A DNA stretch of 64,000 nt from Squalus acanthias (Eukaryota): contig CM059433.1 in NCBI GenBank assembly GCA_030390025.1, positions 21,330,001-21,394,000 of the forward strand, given 5' to 3'. Shown piece by piece: positions 1 through 10,901 of this stretch. Within the stretch, counting starts at the first letter, position 1. Each line of letters begins with the position of its first letter. The notes under the pieces are model-generated. The model saw nothing but the letters and a program-made list of their open reading frames with translations, did no database searches and was not told the DNA's origin. A program made the translations under genes and the position numbers.

Positions 1-54
1 TCAAATCAAAATCAGCTCTAACTCTATCAGATACACCTACATTGACCCGAGGCA

Positions 55-575
55 GGGTTTTTTTTTAACTTGGAGTGGGTTTCCGTTGGGAAAGCAAGTT
101 AAATTCCTGCCTGCACGCAGCAGCAGGAGGCCTTCGGTGATTTTAACTGTCGAGCCTCGGTTAAATGCTGTTGGTCAACCTCCTGCCCAGAGTGGACGGG
201 AATAGGGCGCTGAACAGCTGCCGGTTGTTGAAGATTGGTCGGCCCTTGGCCGCCTGTTCACATCCAGGGAAAGGGGGTTTGGAGGGGGGGAGGGGTTCTC
301 GCTGGAGCGAATGGGGCGGGGGCCTGTGGAGGTGGAGGTCATGACTTTCCTTGTGGGCCCCGGAGGAGCTCTCCTGCTCCTTCTGGCCCCACAAAGTAAC
401 TTATCTTTTGGGCCACTCTGTCCTTCCAGACTGCTTCCCACCTGCTTTCAGCTGGTAGGAAAGCTGCCTTGGCCACTTGCAGAACCCTGGATTGCAGGCG
501 GTGGGAAAGGGATGAGTTCCCAGCGGTTCGATTTCAGCCGCTCACCCACTGGGTTAGTAGGGTTAAAATTGACCC
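55..575. mobile_element. Degenerate Harbinger-type MITE
   Basis: Ends GGGTTTT..TTAAC / GTTAAAATTGACCC resemble the other MITE termini; internal CTCCTGCTCCTTCTGGCCCCAC motif is shared with other MITEs; no clear TSD. Confidence 0.4.
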
Positions 576-999
576 AAGGTATTGGGTCCAGAAGTGAAAT
601 GATGGACTCAGAGCCAGTTGAAGAACCAGACTGATGCAGTCTGTCATAACCTAATGCACAGTGTGCCATTATGGCATACGTTGGCTAGCTGGTTATAGAT
701 CCTGAGCAGTATAAATCCCACCATTCTGATTGGCAGATGAAAGCGGTGAAATTCGACTTTGGCAGTAGTGCAAAATGTGCACTAGCAAATCGGCCGCCTG
801 TTTTACACTCTTCTCCAATCAGGAGAGAGGGAGGAGGGAAAGTGATCGGGAGTGGGTATGGGGGCAGAGCGGGGGCCAGCAATGGTCTTTGGCACTGCAG
901 TGGAACTGAGAGGAACACTCCTGCTCCTCCCGACTCCACATTCAGGGAAGTATTTTTTATAAATTTACATTTAGGATGGATGTCAAAGCAACGGAAGAG

Positions 1000-1400
1000 C
1001 TGTAGTATAGATTCACTCGGATGTTGCCTGGGATGAGGGATCGCCGTTAATGAAGGAAGATGTGAGACGTTACGGCACTTTTTCATTGGAGCACAGAAGG
1101 TTAAGCAATGAACTGACAGAGGTCTTCAAGATTATAAAGGCTTATGATAAGGTAAATAATGATAGATTGTTTCCATTGGTCAGTTAGACAGTAAGAAGCG
1201 AGCACAAATTCAAGGTAATTACAAAAAGAATTAAATTGGAGGTTGGAAAATAATCTTTACACAGAGTGATTATAATGTGGAATTGTCTGCCACAAACTGT
1301 TAGTGAAACAGAGTCCACAAATACTTTTGAGTGTAATTAGAAAGTTGCTTGAAAAAGGAATGTTACAAAGTCGGAAGAGTAGGATTGATGGAGCAAACGG
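1000..1400 (+). mobile_element. Old CR1 LINE 3' fragment
   Basis: ATTCACTCGGATGTTGCCTGGGATGAGGGG.. aligns by eye with the RFTRLIPGM..LFSLE region of the CR1 at 20100-20500; many disablements. Confidence 0.6.
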
Positions 1401-3027
1401 TTATCCAACATCATTGTGGTTCCCATGTGCTGTCATTAGGAATAATCCCAGATTCCATCCTCAGGAGCATTATGCCAGCAGCACTCATGGATATCAAGCT
1501 GAAGGGTGAGGGGAAATGATGCGACAAAAAAACCAATGTAGTTCTGTCTTGTAGTTTTGTGGAGGTTCCTTTAATTGCGTCAGAATCTTGTTGATACAGA
1601 TGTTGCAAATTTTGTCCGCAGAGTTTGAGGAAAGAGCCGGGCTACTTTCAAACACAGATTTGTGATTTGTTCAGCTTTGTCAGTTATTTTCAAAGGTGGC
1701 TCTCAGTTCCTCAGATCCAGGGAGTCCCAGTGTCTGTAGCTGTTCAAATTACTTAGTCACTTCCAAGAGATATAGTTCAGGTTAATGCAGCTCCCACAAG
1801 TGATAAGAAATATAGGAAAAGGAAACACTGCAGATATCAAACATTAACTCAAAAGTTATCTACAAAAGAATAGCTAGCATTTAGATTGCATCCTTTCCTT
1901 GCCTTTGAATAGCTAGAAAGAAGAATTTCTACTTCGGATATGTATGTGTATTGTGTTACTGTTATTTAATTGTTTGTTCATTTTTTGTTAAATATATTTG
2001 TCTGATATTGTGGTGCTCCAATGCTTATCCAAGATGGGAAAGTGATCCTCTGAAGGCAGAGGATAGTTGCGGCAAAGTAATTCACAGAAAGATTTTTCTG
2101 TTGATTATAGTGGGCACATTGCCAAAACTTGCCCAGATATCAAGGCAAGTAAAGATGCTCTCAAAGGCAAAGGAAGTTCAGACTCACCTATGAGAGTGAT
2201 CTAAACTATGCAGGTCTAAAAATCTAGAGTAAGAAAGGTGGAAAAGCAATTTACCAATATTTGTATCTGCTTGTAGATTTAAATTTATCAATCAGTCCTT
2301 GTAAGCAGTCCTTTAAGGGTTGCTTACACGCAATCTCTTGTGTATCTCTTGCGAGCTCCCAGTGCCAGGCTCAAAATGGGCCGTTAGTTCACTGACACTA
2401 GGCAAATGAAACTGACCCTGAGCACACTTAGGACAGTGGGTACTAAAACCACTGCCTGACATTAACACCCATTTGGAGCTCCAATCTACTCCACTGTGTC
2501 GTGAAAGCACCTCTTGTTCTGTTCTGGAGACTTTGGAGCTGCTCTCAGTTTTGCATATTGCAATTGTCCACGGTGCCAAACTTTAAATGTAGCTGGATTC
2601 AATAAAGCGTACTGTATCTGCATAGCTATTAGTTCTTTCTTCGCTTGATTAAAATGACAGCTGAGTTTCAGCAGTTCATCTGAAAACATCTAGACACCTA
2701 TAAATGTTGCCAGCAAAGCTGTCCTTCTTCACGGCTGTGAGGTAAATCTGTTGTTTACAATGCTCTGATAACAAGAGGCCTATGGAAGCTGAGTTCCTCT
2801 CGGTACTCAGGGAATCTTTCATTGAAAAATTCAACAGAATTCCCACCCTTACTGCCCTTAAAGAAAGGCAATTTTCAGAAGGTTGTTCCGCCAAATTAGA
2901 TTTTTTTTCAGCTTGCTGCAGACTTAAAATTAAAATCTTTAAAATGTTCAAAAATTGTACAGTGGTTAAACAAATGTTTATAGTATGAAAAATGTTTGAA
3001 TGTAACCGCACCTGATTTAAAGATTTG

Positions 3028-3917
3028 GGGGGAGAAATTCGGTATCGCCCCGTTTGGGGCGCAATTATCGGCCGGACGCAAAGTTAAGCGCCTGGCGCTA
3101 ATTATCGCCTCCGACTGCAAACTTGGCTTCTATCGCCCCTGGAGGTGATTGCAGCGCTAAATCAGGCGCTTCACACCTGTCTTAAGGCGCAAAGGCCGAG
3201 GAGCGAGGCGCTACCTCAGAGCGCTGGCGAAGCTCATGTGATGTCAGTCAGCAATGGAACACAGACACACTGGCACCAGCCAGTTCTTAAAGGGGAGGGT
3301 CGATCTTGCTCTTCATCCACACCCTGCTCTTTGCAGCCTTGAATCTCGCCTGGAGAGACCTGTACATCAAATCTGCTGGAAAGAACAATGGAGAGACCCA
3401 GGGAGAGAGCTCAGAGTGCAGCCCCCTAGTCTCTTCTAAATTGATGCAAGGAAGGTCAAATCAAAATGATCCTGCATAGTGCTGCTCAGTACCCAAAACT
3501 CCTTCACACAGCGTTGAATCTCTCCAGACGTCTCGCTCTCTCTCTCAGAATGCGTGGTGCAAAAATGTCGCCGACAAAAAAAGGCAGGAAGCGGTCACCT
3601 TTAAATAGCGTTCCCCCAGTCCCTTCCTGACTGCAAAACGCTCCCCTCAACCTGTCGTTGCTAGCGCCAGGCAGTAAGGCAGGGAGCGCCACTCAGTATC
3701 CGGTCCGGGGCACTACCGGGGCGTTGCACGCTCGACTGACGTCACGATCTGCGGGCGCAGGAGATCGTGGCGGTAGTGTTTAGCGCCGCCGCAAAATGTC
3801 TGGTCAGTTTTGCGAGCGGCGCAAACATCGCTGCGCCCGGGCGCTATTTGCTTTGCGCCCCATTAGCACCCTCTTAGGGCGCAAACGGGAGGCGCAAAGC
3901 AACCAAATTATTCCACC
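3028..3917. mobile_element. ~890-bp Harbinger-type MITE (same family as 31399-32291)
   Basis: TTG TSD (3025-3027 / 3918-3920), imperfect TIR, collinear with 31399-32291, CpG-rich. Confidence 0.85.
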
Positions 3918-4305
3918 TTGTAGTCCTCATGATCTTAATTTACCAATAGGATTCAAGGCAGAGTTTTTCCCTCCCACAACCCAGGCTGAGCTTGTCGAAG
4001 CAATTATGCTGAAGAAGACTATATATGTGGTTACTTTAACGTTGTAACTTTAAGTTTCTATCTGCAGATATTCACAATCATTTCTAATCCCCTCCCCTAT
4101 CTCTTGAAAGCAGGGGCTTTTTCTGAGATTTATTTCTATGTGTGTGCCTACACAATGGTGCCATCATGCTATTCAACTGTATGAGGCATTGTGCGCAACC
4201 TCAATTTTGCCATCACGTAATGGCCCAGAACTCCCTTCATGACTCGATTCTAAGTGCACTGCTCAGTGTGGAATTAAGCTACACAGGAAGGTCCCAGATT
4301 TACAG

Positions 4306-4953
4306 AGAAACATAGAAACATAGAAGATAGGAGCAGCAGTAGGCCATTCGGCCCCTCGAGCCTGTTCCGCCTTTTAATGAGATCATGGCTGATCATCCAA
4401 ATTCAGTACCCTGTCCCTGCTTTCTCCCCATATCCCTTGATCCCTTTAGCCTTAAGAAATATATCTAACTCCTTCTTGAATATATTTAATGAATTGGCCT
4501 CAACTGCCTTCTGTGGTAGAGAATTCCACAGGTTCACCACTCTCTGGGTGAAGAAATTCCTCCTCATCTCAGTCCTAAATGGCTTACCCCTTATTCTTAG
4601 ACTGTGACCCCTGGTTCTGGATTCCCCCGCCATCGGGAACATCCTTCCTGCATCTAGTCTGTCTAGTCCTATTAGAATTTTATAAGTTTCAAATGAGATC
4701 CCCTCTCATTCTTCTAAACTCTAGCGAATACAAGCCCAATCGACCCAATCTCTCTTCATACGTCATTCCTGCCATCCCAGGTATCAGTCTGGTGAATCTT
4801 CGCTGCACTCCCTCCATGGCAAGAACATCCTTCCTCAGATAAGGCGACCAAAACTGCACACAATACTCAAGGTGTGGTCTCACCAAGGCCTTGTACAACT
4901 GCAGCAAGACATCCTTGCTCCTGTACTTGAATCCTCTCGCTATGAAGGCCAAC
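4306..4953 (-). mobile_element. Young 5'-truncated CR1 LINE (ORF2 C-terminus and 3' UTR)
   Basis: ORFs 4689..4991 (LYKALVRPHLEYCVQFWSP) and 4403..4642; (TTTCTATG)n tail on minus strand at about 4306-4325. Confidence 0.92.
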
Positions 4954-5504
4954 TTGCTAGCTAAAGGTAAGGTCCATTGAACTGGAAGCAACCTTATTGT
5001 ATGAATAGGATACAGAGTTGGGATATAAGGGACATTCTGACATTGATGGGCAGTGACAAGTGGGTGTGTCCCAGAGATCTGTGTTGGTGCCTCAGCATTT
5101 CACTCTCTTTTATAGAAATGATCTGTATCTGGGAGTTTCCATGTGATACTAACCTAGGAGGTATACTGAATTGTGAAGAAATAGCAGAAAATTACAAAAC
5201 AACAAAGATTAAGCAAATGGGTATAACAATGGCAGATGCACAGTGTAACAAATTGTGAGCTAGTACACTTTGAGCATAGGAGTAGTAGATGAGAATACAA
5301 CCCAAATGGAGAAGCAACAGGCTATGCAAATTAACAGAGGGATTTAGGTCGTTCCAGTACATAAGCCATTACAAACCAGCTAGCAGTTGCAAAAGGCAAT
5401 TAATAAAGCTGATGGAATGCTGGGTTTCATCACCAGAAATAAAAAATATAAATGTAAATAAATACTATTGATCAGAGTCCTGGTCAGTCCTCATTTGGAA
5501 TATT

Positions 5505-7434
5505 GGGGGGAGTTTTAACTCCCCCATGATGGGCGGGAGAGGGTCGGGGGATTTTTTAATTTTTTTTATTCGTTTATGGGATGTGGGCGTCGCTGGCAAG
5601 GCCAGCATTTATTGCCCATCCCTATTTGCCCTTGAGAAGGTGGTGGTGAGCCGCCTTCTTGAACCACTGCAGTCCGTGTGGTGAAGTACTCCCACAGTGC
5701 TGATAGGGAGGGAGTTTCAGGAATTTGACCCAGTGACGATGAAGGATCGGCGATATATTTCTAAGTCAGGATGGTGTGTGACTTGGAGGGGAACTTGGAG
5801 TTGGTGGTGTTACCATGCGCCTGCTGCCCTTGTCTTTCTAGGTGGAAGAGGTCGCGGGTTTGGGAGGTGCTTCCGAAGAAGCCTTGGCGAGTTGCTGCAG
5901 TGCATCTTGTAGACGATACACACTGCAGCCATAATGCGCCGGTGGTGGAGTTAGTGAATGTTTAAGGTGTTGGATGGGGTGTCAATCAAGTGGCCTGCTT
6001 TGTCCTGGATGGTGTCGAGCTTCTTGAGTGTTGTTGGAGCTGCACTCATCCAGGCAAGTGGAGAGTATTTAATCACACTCCTTACTTGTGCCCTGTAGAT
6101 GGTGGAAAGGCTTTGGGGAGTCAGGAGGTGAGACACTTGCCGCAGAATACCTAGCCTCTGACCTGCTCGTTACCACAGTAATTATGTGGCTGGTCCAGTT
6201 AAGTTTCTGGTCAATGGTGACCCCCAGGATGTTAATGGTGAGGGATTTGGCGGTGGTAATGCAGTTGAATGTCAAGGGGCAGTGGTTAGACTCTCGCTTG
6301 TTGGAGATAGTCATTGCCTGGCACTTATGTGGTGCGAATGTTCCCTGACACTTATCAGCCCAAGCCTGAATGTCGTCCAGGTCTTGTTGCATGCTGGCAT
6401 GGACTGCTTCATTATCTGAACACTGCGCAGTCATCAGCGAACATCCCCATTTCTGACCTTATGTTGGAGGGAAGGTCATTGATGAAGTAGCTGAAGATGG
6501 TTGGGCCTAGGACACTGCCCTGAGGAACTCCTGCAGCGATGTCCTGGGGCTGAGATGATTGACCTTCAATCACCACAACCATCTTCCTTTGTGCTAGCTA
6601 TGACTCCAGCTAGTGTAGAGTTTCCCCCCCGATTCTCATTGACTTCAATCTTACTTGGGCTCCTTGATGCCACACTCGGTCAAATGCTGTCAAGGGCAGT
6701 CACTCTCACCTCACCTTAAATTAAATTGCTAAAAATGTGAAACACGATCCCAACCCGCCACAAACACGCCTACTTCTGGTTTAACCACGGCGGGTTTGGG
6801 GGCGATAAGTAACCCAGTCTGGAGAGGCGGGTCAGTGATTATAATATTTACATGAGGCTCCATTCCTCAGATGTTGGGAGCCATTTGAATTGAACGGCTG
6901 AATTCCCAGGGCTTGGGAAACCCGGCAGCTGAAGGGAGGCGGGAGCTGTCGGATCCAGCAGTTATGTACTTTTTAGAGCATTGCTTTTGGGCCAGGAGGA
7001 GCAGGAGTGCGTCCCCCAGGCTCCTCAAGCAAATATTCTGCTGCGATCTCTCCCTCCCCATGATCGGCCAACACACACACACACACCCCCACCCCACCCC
7101 CACCCCACAATCTTCAAACCTCTCTCTCCTTTTCCGCGATCTCTCCCACCCTCTTCGCTGCTGCGCTCCGAGCCCCCCATCCCACGATCGTCTCCAATTG
7201 CCGGGGACCGTCCCTGGTTGTCCCCGGCTGTGGCCTTCCACTGCAGGCTTTCCCACCGGCAGCCGGCCAGCCTTCAATCCAGCTGGCTGCCGGGTGGGAA
7301 ATGGAGTAAAAAAAATTCTTCTGTTGTCCTGCCGATAAATTCGGCATGACTCCCGTGTTCCTGGCATTTCCGGGTTTCTCGGCCGCAGACACGCATACAC
7401 GCTCCATCCCCTTCTGCCCGTTAAAATCGGGGCC
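5505..7434. mobile_element. Harbinger-type MITE carrying a nested LINE
   Basis: ATT TSD (5502-5504 / 7435-7437); ends GG..TTTTAAC / GTTAAAA..CC. Confidence 0.7.
5551..6717 (-). mobile_element. 5'-truncated LINE of the CR1/L2 group (second family; Crack/Daphne/L2B-like, clade not resolved)
   Basis: RT C-terminal peptides MQQDLDDIQAWADK..FAPHKCQAMTIS, ILGVTIDQKLNW and IYRAQVRSVIKYSPLAWMSAAPTTLKKLDTIQ; A-rich tail; same family as 28621-29239. Confidence 0.85.
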
Positions 7435-7477
7435 ATTGTATTCAGTTTAGGGAACCCCATCTCATGAAGGATATAAT

Positions 7478-9267
7478 GGGCTGAATTTTGCCGCTGCTCA
7501 GAGGGCGGGTTCAGAGGCGGGTCCGCTGTCAAAATAGCAAAGCTTGACAGCGAGTAGGGAACCCGCTGTCAACCCGCCTCCACACGAGTCTCCCAGGTCT
7601 GAACAGACCCGACACCAAGCGGCGGGGGAGGCAATTTACATCAGTAAATGGGTTGTTAACATCCAATTAACTGTTACTTCAAGCCTACATTTCAATTTTA
7701 CGTGCTCCCCCACAGGTTACCCGCTGCTTGGGGAACACGTCAGCTCAGCATGTCGTGAGTGCATTCAGCATTGAATTATCTCATGACCTGACAGCTGCCA
7801 AAGTTGTATCAAAGATCCCATGTTACAGCTGTTCACTTTCAAAGCTCAGAAACTGTTGCTTACTGCATTTGGAAGACAGATTGAGCTTTCTGCAGCTTGC
7901 AAGTGTTTGGAGCAAACTCTCTATCCAGTGTCACCTCATTGGAACAACCTATCTCACCATTGACAGATCACTTCTGTCATCTCAACCTCACCTGCCATCT
8001 ATTTCATCAGCATCGTTGTCCTTGAAAATATCTCACCTTGGTCCTCAGAATCGGATCACAATCAGCCCCAACACCAGCATCACCATGCACACCAGCAGCA
8101 ACAACAACAACACCAGCCTTCTCCGCAATCAACTGATGCTGCACAGGACACAGGGCATCAGCACCAGACCACATTATTATCCGGGACGCCAGAGATGGCC
8201 TCACCATGGCCAGATTTACTTCACTTGACATTGTACACCCTGGATGCCAAATCATGCGCCAGGTTGGCACCACCCCACACCAACACCATAAAGCATCCCT
8301 ACAATGCCCAAGCCATTCCTTTCACACTCGTCACCATGGCGGGGGTGGGCGGGGAGGGTGGGGGGTGGTACCGTTATGTCTCACCATTCACTACAACTCA
8401 CTAAGACACTATCAAAGGTGCACACAAATCTGTCCAAGAACACAAAGTGCTGAAAATAAAGGTTTCAGTGTTTGACAGCGCATTACCAGAAACTTCACGT
8501 GAACATTGACTAAAACACCCAAGTGCCTACCCTTGTGTGTTGTTAGTTGGTATGCTTGCAGTAGGATGAGGGTGAGTGTGAGGGGTGGCTTGTGAGATGA
8601 GGAAGTGATAATGTAGATAGAGAGGCTGGTGTGCAAGGTAAGTTGGTGTGAGTAAGGATGTGCAGGAGTCGGGTAGGGATGGCAGAGTGATGCGGATGTG
8701 ATGAGTGGCACAGCTGGGTGAGATTGAGTGTGGCTTGGCAGTAACGTTTTGTGATCTACTGAGATCATTGAAAGGTTTGCGTCACTGCAGCCTGGTCATC
8801 CTGACAACATCCCTGCTTGTGTCCTCCTGTGCAATGTGCAACCAGGCTGCGTTGGTGTCCTAGGGAGGTCTCTTCCACCCATGGGAGGGGAAGAGAACTT
8901 CCCTGCATACTGTGACTCCCTCCATAAGCATATGGAGGGAGTAATGGGAAAGCCTGGGTGCAGCCGTCCACCTTGTGCAGTGCTTGTCAGTGTTTGCAGC
9001 ACCTCAATGCTGTAGAACACTGACAGCACAACTGTCAAAATCAATTTGGACATGGCCCCTTTAAGGAAACCGGCTGATGACGTGTCATCAAATGATGTCA
9101 TCAGACCCGCTTCCTTTTAATTGGCCGGGAAGCTGGCAGGGTGAGCTTAACAAGGCCCAATCAACGTAAAGTCACTTGGAGAGTGTGGGCTGCAGTCGGC
9201 AGCGGGTTGGGACCGCGACACCGACCCCGGCTGCCCCAGACCCGCCTCGTTCGGTGAAATCACGGCC
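7478..9267. mobile_element. Non-autonomous PIF/Harbinger derivative (1.8 kb) with decayed Myb/SANT exon 1 on minus strand (~8745-8990)
   Basis: AAT TSD (7475-7477 / 9268-9270); TIR GGGCTGAATTT / AAATCACGGCC; collinear with both ends of 47985-51106. Confidence 0.88.
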
Positions 9268-9403
9268 AATGTCCTTGGAGGGAGCCCAGTGGCAAAACAA
9301 CAGGATGGTACTTCAGAGGAAGGGGGTTAGTTGTTGTGAGAGACTGAAAGAATGGAGTTGTATTCCTTGAAATTGAGGAGGTTAAGGAGTGATTGAAAAT
9401 CAG

Positions 9404-9991
9404 GGGTAGAGTTTCTGCTTTGGGCGCAATCGGCGATCCGGGTGCAAATTGCGCCCAGAATTGTGCAAGTTTTGAGAAGTGTTTTTTTTTCTCGCGTTTC
9501 TGCTCAAACTCATTTGCATATCGCCGTACGCTAAATCTGCCATGAACCAGCGCAATCGGACAATGTTTTAAAACTGATTTTTTTTTTAAGAAAATGGGTT
9601 TATCTCAACAAATAAGCATTTTTAATTGCAGTGTCAATTCACCACCTCTGAGTAACCCGATTTTAATGACTGAAAATGACTTTTAAAAAAAGTATGTGTA
9701 GTAAATTAAAAATAAAATTACTTTCAAAAGCTTTTAAAATCTTCTTATTAGTGTCCTTGCAACCAAAAGATCCAGCTTAATTTTTGGAGCCTCCTTGAAG
9801 GCCTGCAAACGAGCGCAATTAACGGAAACTCCCAATGGTGATCAATTCAAGCTGGGGACATGGCCAGTCTTGTGGGCGGGGCCGGCTTCCGGCTCGCTGT
9901 TTCTTAGACTAGCACAAAAGATTGCGGAATCCCGATTTGGGCTAAATGTATGTGCCTTTAAAATTCCACGATCTTTTGGAAACTCTACCCG
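9404..9991. mobile_element. MITE
   Basis: 12-bp TIR GGGTAGAGTTTC / GAAACTCTACCC; probable CAG TSD; interrupts the old CR1. Confidence 0.75.
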
Positions 9992-10034
9992 CAGGTGTTT
10001 TAAATAAAGGGAGTTGACAGGGTACAGAGACAAA

Positions 10035-10901
10035 GGGCTGGATTTTGCCAGCCGAGACGTGTTGGGGGCAGGGACTGCTGCCTTCCGGGTTCTAGTCCTG
10101 CCCCCAGCGACGTCCGACGCACAGACGCTATTTTCCCCTGATTGGCCTTATTAAGCCCGCCCTTGCGGGCTTGCCAGCCAATTAAGGAAAGCCGGTGTCA
10201 GATGACGTCAGTTGATGACGCTTCATCTGCCGGTTTTCTTCAACGGACATGAAGCATTTATTTTTGACAGATGATTTGACAGTGTTTGACAGCATTGAGG
10301 TGCTGTCAAACACTGACAATCACTGTACAAAGGTGAGCCCTGCACCCAGGCTCTCCGATGACTCTCTCCTTAGGATGAAACAGATGGCAGCTGCAGGTGA
10401 GTGTACAGAAGCGATCTGTCACTTCTCCCAATGAGGTGAGGCCACACAAACACTTCAAAGCTTGTCACCTACAGAAACATCTAAACACATTAAAAATGAC
10501 TTTCCCAACATTTCCTTACCTCTGATACTCACCAGTGTCCCATTGGATCCTTCACACCACTCCTGCAGCTGTCATCTATACACAAACATAACTACAGACC
10601 CACAGCACACCTCACTTACCCTGGTGGGGTTCCCCGACGTCGGGAAGCCCGCAGCAGAATTCTCAAAATGGGAAAAAAGCCTCTTAACTGCTGTTACCTA
10701 CCTGTTAACAGGCAGTTAAGTGGCTGTAATCCTCTTCCCACCTCTCGGAGTCGGGACCCTGTGCAAATCAGGGACCCGACTCCCCGGAAGATTGGTTGGA
10801 GGCGGGTTGGGAGCGGTTTCGGGACCCGCTCCCATTCTTTTTAATTTTCCCAGCAGTCCCGTCTCCAGACCCGCTTCCTCAGGGCTGGTAAAATCCAGCC
10901 C
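10035..10901. mobile_element. ~0.87-kb Harbinger MITE
   Basis: TIR GGGCTGGATTTTGCCAGCC / GGCTGGTAAAATCCAGCCC; flanks AAA/AAT; retains Myb-start sequence GCACCCAGGCTCTCCGATGACTC. Confidence 0.88.

Noticed and set aside
3028..3917. CpG islands as host gene promoters (also 21183, 31399, 34854, 53374)
   Set aside because: CpG-rich tracts coincide with TIR/TSD-bounded MITEs
6867..7532. 221-aa ORF and overlapping 120-140-aa ORFs
   Set aside because: GC-rich MITE sequence spanning element junctions; no recognisable domain
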